DNA of 64,000 bases, filler included, from Dimargaris cristalligena (lineage: Eukaryota): NCBI GenBank assembly GCA_003614675.1. It is 8 parts of 8 records of this genome, joined end to end, with 100 filler letters (N's around TTAATTAATTAA, not from the genome) between each part and the next. Parts side by side here need not be neighbours in the genome. Positions count along the whole stretch, not along the records: positions 32,940 to 41,047 come from ML003355.1; positions 41,148 to 49,255 come from ML003356.1; 6 more parts are not named here. The stretch is one strand, 5' to 3'. Below, in pieces: positions 37,881-49,355 of the stretch. The first letter of the stretch is position 1. Each line of letters starts with the position of its first letter. The notes beneath the pieces were generated by a model that made no database searches, was not told the DNA's origin, and saw nothing but the letters and a program-made list of their open reading frames with translations. A program made the translations under genes and the position numbers.

Positions 37881-39217
37881 CGACGCCATCACACCACCCT
37901 GTCCGAAAGCGGCAGGGGTAGATGCAACGCTCGGGCGCATAAGGGGGATGCCAGATGGCTATAGTATTAGCGGCGGAGGCGGGCAAGTACGCTATCCGCA
38001 CTAAGAGGCTGTGTCTATCACCACGGCTGCTTTAATATTGTATGTTTCCATTAAATTCTTCGCGGGACAATCGAGCGGGGGCTTGGAACCCTTGCGCGCC
38101 GGAAAGAACCACATGTACACCGGTTGCGTAATCTATTTTTAGCCAAAGCAACCCTCTCACCTCTTTTTCTCCAACTCGTTTCTGTTCTTTCATTTGGCGC
38201 GTTCCCATCGGCAGATGGTTATGTTCTCTTTAGTATATATTCGGAGTGGGTACGGATAAGATAGGGGAGAGAAAAGAGAATATAGATTGACCTAACACTC
38301 ATCGATTCCCTAGTTGGTCCAATAATTGGGAAATCCAATTCATCCTGTCAGTCCATCATTGTTGAATCGATTGCCGTCGGGTGGCCTCTCCAGCCTGGAG
38401 GAAATTCTATACCTGCCGGACCGTGTCGGTATGGACAAGGCTCCCAAAAGCGGCTGCCGAGAATTAATGTACCAGGGAGGTCATACCAAGAACGTCACTC
38501 AATACAATTTTCGGGTGACTATGGTCACCCCCCATGTAACTTTACGTGTAAGGGGGGGGTATATACAAAAATTACCACACAGACGCTATTCCCCCCCTAT
38601 TTTCGGCGGTAGTATGTATTGCCAAAATGATACCGCTAGAGGGAAGGCCAGCTGGACCTGCCCAAAACTGGGGGCTTAGATAGCTCATTCCTGCAAAAAA
38701 TGGGACTGCATCTATAGGCACCCCCTTCCTTAGAGTCCCACGCTGACATCTGTCCGTGGACCGTTATTAAAAGTGGTGGGCGATATTACCAAGACCCACT
38801 CTGGTCATAAATAGCTGTCCATGATGATTAATTACCAATTAAATCCATAGGTCGCTTGGGTTCATTTCCATTTTTTCCAATATAGACACGGCTAATGGAG
38901 GGCAATGCGGGTATATCCTGTAACCGGCATCGCTTTCCGCGAAGACCATCCGACGTTAATAAGTATACACTATACCAGCCAACTTGCATACGCGGAAATA
39001 AAATAAAAACAAGCAAAAGTAAGCTGCCTAATATGTGAGAGGGTCCGAGGACGCTATTCGTTCTTTATTTTTCTTTTATTCATTTGCCTGCAGCGAACGC
39101 TCCGACTTCTCTTTCAATGGAGGGACGTCGTCATTTAGGTAGATCCACCGGTGATCCATTAACGGAGTTAGGAGTATCTTATTGAATGGCTAGTGTATGT
39201 TAGTCGTCAGCCAGGGC

Positions 39218-39218
<1 letters not shown>

Positions 39219-39263
<45 letters not shown>
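39219..39263. repeat. (AAT)15 microsatellite
   Basis: Read directly from the sequence. Confidence 0.95.
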
Positions 39264-39264
<1 letters not shown>

Positions 39265-40992
39265 GGTCCTCGGATAACCTGGAATTAGTGCAAGCGGTAT
39301 GCTATGTGTAAAATATATATCCAAGGTCTGGGTCTGGCACTTCACTCATACTATTATAGTCTGCAGGAGTGTTCCCTCCGTTAGTTCTAGAAATTTTAGG
39401 GAAACTGGTTGGAGTAAAAGGGGCAGGGGGGGATAATGCGAAATGATCCACCCACGGCACGCAACAGTCGCCAGGTGGTAAATTAGACCACCAACCCAAT
39501 CGGCTAATATGTCTGGTATAATGAGTCTAGTGCATAATGGTCCATGCTTACCGACATACATACAGTCCCTTAATGAGGTCGGGAGTTGGAATTAGTGGCC
39601 GGATTACTAACAGCCCTCCCACCCTCCCCTCATCCAAATGGGGTAGGGGAAAATCCACCTTGGCGGTGAATTAGATGTGGGGTTCAGTGAACAAGTTACA
39701 CTCGGCAACAGGTTATGGATTCCATTCAAAACAAGTTCGGCAAGTACAGCCAAGCAATCCTAATGAGATGCAGTTGGCTAACCAGATGCGGACCGACATT
39801 GTGATCCAGTTCCGGAATGATGCGACCATAGGCAAACGTCATATGGGCTGTACGCCCCCCTCTATCCACACCCTACTTTATTAAGCTTGACGTCCAGGCT
39901 GTTCAGTCCCAACGAGTCGCCCTGCGTTGTATCGGATACCCCTATGATGATAATTATATCCCGTGATGCCTTCGCTATGACATAGAGGGTTGATAGTAAC
40001 CATTATTGGTTGGGCATGCCAATAATACTGACAAATAGGCAACCACTACGCATTCGTCTTTATTTGAGCAAAACGGAAACAGTCGCCACCCTCTCGGTGG
40101 TGTTATGTAAGGAATGCAGTTAAAGTGGGAAATGTCTTGGCGTATTTCAACGTCTAATCGACTGGGGCGGATATACATAGCAGTTGAACATAGTAATGGT
40201 TTAATCGAACCGTAAAATCTGATATTAGGTTCATGCGGTGGGTTAGATAAAGAGGACAACGCCCCGCTTACGTTGTTGAGTATATTTCTTTCCAAATAGT
40301 ATATCGGCAAGTATAATTACGCCTATTTATATCCCTTCTCTTAAACGAATACAGTCTGATACACTTCGAACAGTATATAGTGACGAAGTCCCAACTACTT
40401 AAATCATAGCAATTTAGATTACTCGTCAGATATGCATAGTGGCAACTAGAGTAGTCTATAATCCCGATTACCTGGATATATCTACCGGCGTTTTGCCACA
40501 CTTCCCCCCTTTTCTACGGCCATATTGGTATAGGCGAAAGTTGATGAAAACGGTTAGGATTATAATTGAATTATAGTGGTCAAAATAGGCGATAGGGTTA
40601 GTTATATCCAACAAAACCTATCCTGTATCCGATGCTGTGTTGAATGACTGACCCACTCTTCTCCTATGCGCATCATTTCTATTTCCAATGTAAAAGCCCG
40701 GGGCCTTTGGTCGGGGACTAAGGCAGAGGGTTTGATTGAAGAATCCCATCATCAAGCGGAAAGGGAATGGTTATACTATTCCTACAGGATAGAGCAGACG
40801 GGGCGGGTATATATTGTGCCGTAATGCACCCCCATACGGGAACTTTGTCTAACCCAAACTCCTTCCGCGAGGGCCCTTAGTTGCTAATAAAGGTGGGACC
40901 CAGCACTGGTTGAATTCTAATTACCTCCTCTTCCGTAGAAGAGGCTTAACTTAATACCTATCCAATTCGTTCGTTCTGCTGCCTTTCATTGA

Positions 40993-41047
40993 ATCTGTTC
41001 GGCATCCGATAGGGATAGTTGGGTATATAGTTTCAGGCTCAAATGCA
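40993..41047 (-). repeat. 55-bp contig-terminal inverted repeat, right copy
   Basis: Exact reverse complement of 32940-32994. Confidence 0.95.
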
Positions 41048-41147
41048 NNNNNNNNNNNNNNNNNNNNNNNNNNNNNNNNNNNNNNNNNNNNTTAATTAAT
41101 TAANNNNNNNNNNNNNNNNNNNNNNNNNNNNNNNNNNNNNNNNNNNN
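41048..41147. other. Artificial contig-joining spacer
   Basis: N44-TTAATTAATTAA-N44. Confidence 0.99.
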
Positions 41148-41347
41148 TTGCTTTATTCGGTTAGTCTTGTCGCCATCCCTAACACTAGTAGCCCGCTTGG
41201 CCATGTCCAACGCCCCGCCTACTGTTAGAAGCCTACCCCCGAGACTCTTGATGGACTAAGAGTGGTTAACTCGGGCGACACTATAAAGACACTGTTGGAT
41301 AAAGTGGTATGCGAATTAGTAGAAGAAGATATTTTGCATATCACGAC

Positions 41348-44346
41348 CTACACAGTCGGTTTCGGGGTCACCGAGGTTCTGAATCCCTTGGAAATGCTCA
41401 TTTGAGAGTCCCACATTCCCTTGAAGATACCGTCGGGTAAGGCAGTTAACTCGGCAAAAGTGCCCCATTCGGCGATCCCTCCATCCTGGACGACCAAAAT
41501 CTGGTCTGCATGAATAATGGTCGACAGGCGATGGGCAATGACCACGCATGTTTTACCCTGATTGTCGCCTTTGAGCGCCCCCTGGACCTTCCGCTCGGTA
41601 ATCATGTCCAGGGCCGATGTGGCCTCGTCTAGAAGTAGGACTTTGTGGGGCCGTACCAAACCTCGCGCGATATTGATACGCTGCACTTCTCCACCACTAA
41701 GCTTAATATTCGATGTATGCAATGACGTTTCATAACCATGGGGAAGGGACATGATTTTTCGATGTATTCTGGCTTTGCGAGCTGCCTCATGGACGTCTTT
41801 CAGCGTGGCACTCATGTTGGTGGAAGCTGAGCCGTACTGAATGTTATGCCGGATGGTTGTAGGCAGAATTTCAGCTTTCTTTCAATCCGAATTTATAGGT
41901 CAGACGGAAAGATCGAAGGTGGATGGAGCACAGTGAGGGAAAGTACATATCAATCATAGAAAATACAGTTAGGCCAGCCGGGGTTGGTAAAATTTAAACT
42001 AAAATAATCGAAAAGACAGGGAAATATTGACGAATATATATACTCCAATTCTATAGCTATTATTTTACCTGCGGTACTATCGACATGGACTTGCGGAGGT
42101 CTTTTTGCTTTACGTGGCGTACATCGACCCCGTCAATAGTGACACTCCCCCGGTTAACGTCGTAAAAACGCGCGATTAATTGGGTGATTGTAGTTTTACC
42201 ACCCCCGGTCTTGCCGACAATCGCCGTGGTGGTACCACCCTGGACCTTAAAGCTGACACCGTTTAGCACCGGGTGCTTCGAGTTGTAACTGAAATACACG
42301 TCTTTAAACTCAATGGTACCTTCAGAAATATCCCAGTTGGCAGGCGCGTCGTCGGGGTCGCATACCTCATTGTCAATATCGATGAATCGCAGAAGTGCCT
42401 GGCAGTTACGATAGACGTGGTTAACATTGCCGACAAGGTCGGCCAAATAAGTAAAAGGACGGTAGGTAGCATGGAAATGGGTCACAAAGAACATAACGTC
42501 GGTGGCTTTCATTTCGCCCCGTGCCAGACACCGCAGACACATAATGGCGCCAATTAGTTGGAATAACTTATTGACTATCCTGGGCGTGTCAGTGAACGTC
42601 AAAGGGTTAAGGGTGTCGGCATCCTCCTTAGATTCATACCCGCTTTTGGTGATTAAGTCCAGGTGCCAATCAATGTGGAACTGTTCCCCTGCGTACTGCT
42701 TCACCAGGTCACAATTGGCAATGGTCGGGGTGCGCTCCCAAAAAACCGACCCCGATGCATGCCTTCTGGCGCCATAACTCCTGGTATAAATTGGCTTGAT
42801 TACAGTGATTGTGATCAGATCCCATATACCCATGGCTAACGAAAGGGGCATGAAGTACGAGTTATAAAACCAATGGGCCCGATATATATACATCGCAATC
42901 CCAAATAATGTGGGTCCTAACTTAACGAAAAGGAGCTCCATCACTCCATGCAGGCCATTGGAGGCGCTTTGGCGCATTATTTGCTTAACACGGGAGGATC
43001 TTTCCTTGTGAAAACGCATTGGCTTGGCATACATGACCGAGTTGGCGAACACGTCGCACTTCGATCTGATAAATGATCGGAGGGTGGAAAGGCGTTTGAC
43101 TTTTCGATTCATGTGCGCAATGACCATTTCGTTGACGATACTGGCCACACCGTATTTGGCTAAAGTGGGGAAGGCCAATTCGCGACTGGCCAACGAGTCG
43201 AGCAGGTCCTTGTAGTAACCTGGTTCAAAGGTCCGAGTCCATTGGGTAAAGAACTCAATCGCCCAGTTCGATGCTAGTCGATAAGCCATGGAAGCGTCTA
43301 AAGGGAACACCAGGTCATAAATGATGCGGAATGTTCGGGTACATAACACTCGCGCCGAGTAATGGGTATAGGGAATACTGTCGGAAACTCTAAGCTTTGC
43401 AGAAGCTACCCGTTTCTTCTTGACCTCTAGCGCCAACGGGACCGGGGGTAGTTTGATTGTTGAAAAAATACCAGCGGCATGGTACCACATGATAAAATGA
43501 GGAATGGCCACACAGGTGATTATCAAGAGTAGCTTGGTGACCACGATACCTAGTGTAATATAGCGTGTGAACAAACCGGCACTAAAGGGACTATTGTTCG
43601 GATAGGAGTTAGTCAGGAGAAGTTGGCCAAGCTCCCAGGCGTGATAAACCGCCGCCACGACCCAGAATTGTAGCCAGCGGGGAATCCGACGGGGCTTCTT
43701 TTTGATAATAGACTGAAAGTCAGACTCAAAATACAGTAAATGGTAGACCGCAGCGGTGAAGGCAATGGTGACCTGTTGAATTATTGCAGAGGTGAGCCAG
43801 GAATGCCAGTCCGTCGGCGTGGCAGGGTCAGCATAAACGGCGAAAAGGACTGCGGCGGCCTCAATGTACATGCATATGAACACTATCCACATCAATGCAA
43901 GAGTGGTGCTTAGCCACGACTTGCCGGAGCCAACAGGTATCATAAAAGTCTGTAAATGGGAGTGCCAGGTCTCTACAGTACAAAAAATATACAATTTAAA
44001 TATGTTGACCAATACAAAATGGGTTACTATTCAAAAATAATCTTGAATTGGGAAATGGTGTATAAGGGGTATTAGTTACCATTACTTGACTGGATTTGGC
44101 CTCACCCTCTCTTTGATACGGTTTGATCCAGTGGTGGCCCAGGCGGTAGCGACGCATGATTAAAAAGGCTGCGATAGTGAGGTAAGCCAAGGTCATCCCG
44201 GTCGGATGCATACGGAAACCGTCGGGAGGGGAAACTTGGAACAGTAGGGCCAAGCCGACCGCCAAAAGAGCGCCTTCCCACCAAAATCCGGCCAGCTTAA
44301 ATGTGACTACCATGGTAGGTGTCACATCAGAAAAAAGTTTCTCCAT
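41348..44346 (-). CDS. ABCB half transporter, HMT1/ABCB6-like with an extra N-terminal membrane domain; 3 exons (44346-44106, 43972-42069, 41878-41348), about 891 aa
   Basis: Walker A GKTGGGKTT, RFYDV, Q-loop IVPQ, signature LSGGEVQR, Walker B LLLDEATSALD and H-loop IAHRLSTI. Long hydrophobic N-terminus. Confidence 0.85.
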
Positions 44347-46909
44347 GGAGTGTAAACGGCCTGACAAGTATGAAATGGTGAAAGAAAGAGGGTAGGAATA
44401 GAGGAAGAAGTGGTATTGTATATGATTTAAGCCGAGTCAAAGGCCACGGACAAACATTTTAAAATAATACTAGGTTCAAAGGGCGTGTGCTACGAATCAA
44501 ATAATAAAGCTAGGTGGATGGTCTGTAGGTTAAAGAGACAGTGGCCGATAGACAACAGTACACGTAGACAAAAGTGGATAATAACAGGTGAAAAGACTGG
44601 CGAACTAGCGATTTAATGCTGATTTAAGAACCTGGTGGCCGCATTGGATGGTATTATATGGCCAATTCCTGGTGGATAATAGGAATAAGATATCAAGAAC
44701 GGCCAGTATCTATTACCTGCGGATCTATGAGCACCACGGTGTAGAGATTGGCATATGTCTATTGTTTAGTCACACGTCTTCTCAAACGAGTGTGTGAAAA
44801 TCGCAATACTTTCCGGACTTTATGTTCTGGGTGAATATGATCGTGCTCAATTCCAAATGCCCTTGGTTCTCTTATTTGCCGTAAAGCAGTCTAATACCTC
44901 ACCCATTATTGGCGTCACTTTAGAAGTTATTTCCTAGCTGATTGTGCGATCGGCTTCACAATGGGAGGGAATCTAAGTATTTTCCCTATAATTTACAAAC
45001 CAGTTAACTTGAGTGGAATTTCGTTGTAGGGGAAATACTGGCTTCGCAAATCAAGCCGAATGGCCAACTATATTCCGAAGGACCTTCGAATAGACCTAGT
45101 TACGGTAGCCTAAATTAATTATGGTGTTTGGGAATCGGTTACCCAAAGAGTGAGCGTTGTATTGTTAAACGGGACACTGCGTGATTTGGATTTATTATTT
45201 TAGTTCGCAGTAGACTCCCTCCTTTGGGCTCAATGACCAAGTCCTATGAATAGCTGCTGCACGGCAGTTTAGATTTGGAAGAAAACATGGGTGAGAACGA
45301 ACAAGGCGGGAAAGGGACCTTCGTGATTGGAAAATATCAACTGCCCCATCATTTGTGTAATGGATGGGGATGAAACTATCAGAGAAAACTGTTGCTGGGG
45401 TGTAGCCTAGTGAAACATAATGCCTGTGTGTAGGTGGGGCGGAGTATTAAATATAATATATAAGCTACAGCTTAATTTGCCGTTGGGTTGGAAATGGGCT
45501 AATGATATATTATATATTAATAAGTTTCAGTGGAACAACCCTTGGGTATAGCGATTGTGAATTCCCATGGCCCGTATGCCCAATACCTCGAGGGGAGATA
45601 GTACATGTTGATAGTGGGAAACTATTAATAGCCAAGAGTATTGGCTGTTCCCAATACTAAATCATATATAGTAGGTGGCCCAGACTATTAGAACGTGTCA
45701 GAAGTGTGACATAGAAGGTCGAATATTACTATAATGGGGTTACCACGAGGCATAGGGGGATTCTTCCCTCCTGAAAATAAACATATAATGGTAATAGTAT
45801 AGTTAATGGCTTAGGCTTGATAGTGTGGACATAATATAAAGCCATTAATTACCAATACGTTCTTTCTGTTTATAATGAAGGGGGGGGGGTTATGACGGTT
45901 ACTCCTAGTCTACTAAAGAAGACGTATGTATCCCAAAACTTAGTCGACCTGGAACCAGCCCCAGCAGTCTTATCGGGATGTCATTTATGAACATCAGGGT
46001 TATAAGTTTGGAGTGAGGCCGTACAATGGATTACTTTACTTTCATCAATGTAATTTTCATTGCAATTTGAGAAATATATTGCAATTACGACCAGCCGTTA
46101 AACCTTGTAGGGTTCATTATAATGGCATGATTATGTTTATCACAGCTCAAAAGACTGGACTTAATGCCATGGTAGTTCATTACTTAACCAAACCAGTACC
46201 AATCGACTCTACCCCAATGCTTTACCATTGAACTGGACTGCCTTCCAGTTCCCACCAATGTTTTCCAGATGCTAGCAGGGATTGCCCGACAGTACCACTA
46301 TCATCCCTAGATAGCCTTCCAATATTGTCCCCGCACATACTTATTACTACAAGTTACAGCCAGTTTATTATTAAGTTTATACTAATCTAGTCTTACACAA
46401 TAAGCCCTTGTATGTTTACCCCTAGTTAGTGCAACCGCTGGCTGGAGTCAATCACTGGGAGTTTGGCGAATCACATGGCCACTCGGTGGAACAGACATTA
46501 GCAAATGGTCAGCGAGTGGTGACTAGGCCTCCTGGCCCACCAAATGAAACCAGATAATAGAAAGGAAAAACACACTCGTCATCATCTCGTCATCTCGGGT
46601 TCTATGTTTCAACGAAAAACACGAATTGTAAAAATATGATTATTTCCAGTATATTTGGAATTCCTCCTCGAACAGAATATCCTACGGTAAATTTAGGTAC
46701 ACCTTGGCCTAGCACCACTATACTAGTATCTACACACTGCTTGTCCATTTATTATTATTCCCCTTAGAATAAATCGTATTGGGGAATGTCGGTCAAGAAG
46801 ACTTCTGTGACTGTATTCCTAACAGGCTTACCCACATGGTCCCTGGTTTGGTATTCTAGTGGTTGACTACTGTGCTAAAAATGGCCAATTTTTTACTGGT
46901 GCTGAAAGA

Positions 46910-47053
46910 ATATGGGTAAAATTGGACCTAATAATATAGGTTTTTAAATGATATAGGTATGGGAATATAGGTGGGGGATTCATATTTAACCTGTCATTTT
47001 GGCCTCATCCAGCAGATTTTTTAGTATACAACCTGAGTGAACCCCTTCCATTT
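46910..47053 (-). mobile_element. 144-bp MITE-like element, copy 3 (more diverged, opposite orientation)
   Basis: Aligns end to end with the reverse complement of 33553-33696, e.g. ATATGGGTAAAATT, TTGGCCTCATCCA and TATACAACCTGAGTGAAC. Confidence 0.75.
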
Positions 47054-47495
47054 CCTAGAATTTGAAGATGCCTATCAGCCCGGTGGATTTCAGTAATTAG
47101 CCAGACCCTACAATATAGACTAGAGATACTTATCAAATTATTCATGACAAAGAGCCTGGTACAGACACTGGCACCGGTGGAATTACACAAAGCCCCGGAA
47201 CCTTTCCAGCATGATTGAGTGTGATAAGGAAAACGGCTGGAATGTATCCCAACTGCAAGTATGGCTGAGTGGTCCCTCATCAAAGTGATTAAACCGGCAC
47301 TGACCACTTGTGAAGTACTGGATTACCATCAAACGCACATGTGATGTTTATGAAGTTTACGGAAATGTGACTGCACTCTGTGCCAGTACTTTGATCTTTG
47401 ATTCCATAGGCAAAGCGACCTTGTATCGCCTGCATGGGCCTCATCAGCAGCGGGTCGCCCATTTCTAGACTTTGAAAGAAGTGGCTTGACAAGCA

Positions 47496-47504
47496 TATAA
47501 AAAG
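47496..47504 (+). promoter_or_regulatory. TATA box of the NmrA-like gene
   Basis: TATAAAAAG about 160 nt upstream of an ATG in CCACCATGG context. Confidence 0.55.
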
Positions 47505-47659
47505 CAGCCCTCGCCTCCCCCAATGGACTCTTCAGTCCGACTTGAATCATTCCATCATCACTACAGTCCACCCTATTCCCTCTAAGCCGCTTCAATTCCC
47601 AATCCTATTACTTTTACTACACTTTTTTCATTTCACTCCCTACCCATCCCACCACCACC

Positions 47660-48685
47660 ATGGCCTGCCTCCGCTCTAACAAAATCACCCTCTGCGTCAC
47701 CTCCTGCGACCAGTGGATCGGCTTCAGCTTCTGCTATGGGATGCTGCATGGTAAGGCCCGCGACTGTATCGAGAGAATCTACTGTGGTGTGACCGATGAG
47801 AACCGCGAGTGGGCCAAGATGCTCCGCAAGGAGGACCGTGTGCACCTGTTCAAGTACAGCGAGGACCACATGCAGGATATCGGCAAGTACTTCAAGGAAG
47901 CTGATGCCGTGATCCTGGTGCCCGTCCACCAGCACCTCTCCCAGTCCGGCGAACAGCATGTTCCCAAACTGTGGAAGTGTTTCCTGGAGTGCGCCATGGA
48001 AGTCCAGGTGCGGTGCCTGACCATGCTGTCGGTGCTTAATCTCGACAAGGCCGAGGGCCAGCACCTGAAGATGCTCCACCACATGGAGAAAATGTTCAAG
48101 GAGTGCATCGAGGGAGGCGGCCACGGCCAGCACCGCGGTCACCAGATGCACGGCCTGGTCCTCCGGATGGCCCTGCCCATGGAACACCTGTACTTCTTCC
48201 AGGACCGTATCCAGGATGAGAGCCAGATTCCCCTACCCCTCAAGGACCATAAGTTTGCCCCCATGGCCATGTTCGACTTGGCCACCGGGTACCTGCGTCT
48301 GGTGGGTAAGCACATGAAGCAACATGAGGTAATCTGCGGTGTTGATGAGCAGGATATCTGGCTGTCCAAGGGCAAGATGCACCTAATCTGTGCCACGGGC
48401 CCTGAGAAGGTGACCGGCAAATGTATTGCCGAGGAGGCCAGCAGTGCCCTGGACACCAAGTTCGAGTTCAAGCGCATTTCCATGGACGAGCTCAAGCACT
48501 GCCTCAAGGAACACGGCTACCTGCGTGAGGAGGAGATTTCATGTATGGTGGAGATTTTTGAGCACATCAACAAGGGCCACATGGATGAAGTGACCAAGGA
48601 CCTCGAGAAGATGCTGGGCCACAAGCCCACCACAGTCAAGCAGTTCTTCCAGCACTACGAGAAGGACTTTACGCCCAAGTATTAG
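47660..48685 (+). CDS. NmrA-like (atypical SDR, Rossmann-fold) protein, unusually rich in His, Cys and Met
   Basis: LCVTSCDQWIGF at the beta1-loop position, ADAVILVP, FAPMAMFDLA, TGPEKVTG..IAE.AS.AL and VTKDLEKMLGHKPTTVKQFF, a typical NmrA/TMR C-terminus. Intronless with strong codon bias. Confidence 0.8.
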   Translation: MACLRSNKITLCVTSCDQWIGFSFCYGMLHGKARDCIERIYCGVTDENREWAKMLRKEDRVHLFKYSEDHMQDIGKYFKEADAVILVPVHQHLSQSGEQHVPKLWKCFLECAMEVQVRCLTMLSVLNLDKAEGQHLKMLHHMEKMFKECIEGGGHGQHRGHQMHGLVLRMALPMEHLYFFQDRIQDESQIPLPLKDHKFAPMAMFDLATGYLRLVGKHMKQHEVICGVDEQDIWLSKGKMHLICATGPEKVTGKCIAEEASSALDTKFEFKRISMDELKHCLKEHGYLREEEISCMVEIFEHINKGHMDEVTKDLEKMLGHKPTTVKQFFQHYEKDFTPKY

Positions 48686-49255
48686 GCAGATGTAGTGTGA
48701 TGATCTTATTGACTTGGGTATACCGGGTGACGGCCATATCATGTTGCGTCCCAAAACTACTCATTACTTTGCTATCTAGCTCATTTTACACGATTACCTG
48801 GGGCATTTATCCTACGGTTTGTTGCATGTAGCCTTGCTTAATCATTCATGACCTTTTGTAGGTATGTTTTCGACAATAAATTTCACATGATTCTAATGAG
48901 TATATCTGTGTATTAGCCTGTGTTTTACATTGGGAGCAGATTAATCCTGTGAAACTGTTCTACTATTACTTGAAGTGCTCCAGATGATATCTGATAATAA
49001 TAGTGGTTTATGAGTTCTTGTTATTCTTTACCGACTTTGGAAAGTCTAGTTGCTGCCAAACACCCACATGTAGTGGACTGTGCATACTAATAAAATGTCG
49101 TTTTGCAGCTGTCGCCCCTCCTAATCCGTCCTAACCCAACTGATATGACCGCCGTCATATCAGGCCGTATAGCGCCATAGTATACCCCCCGGCCCTAACC
49201 AGGCCGAACATCATTGATAGCCCCTTAACCGGCCAGGCCTCCCAGACCTTCCAAG

Positions 49256-49355
49256 NNNNNNNNNNNNNNNNNNNNNNNNNNNNNNNNNNNNNNNNNNNNT
49301 TAATTAATTAANNNNNNNNNNNNNNNNNNNNNNNNNNNNNNNNNNNNNNNNNNNN
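49256..49355. other. Artificial contig-joining spacer
   Basis: N44-TTAATTAATTAA-N44. Confidence 0.99.

Noticed and set aside
1471..48685. Window-wide metal cluster (urease plus ABC transporter plus His-rich protein)
   Set aside because: Urease is on a different contig from the other two, so no linkage can be inferred.
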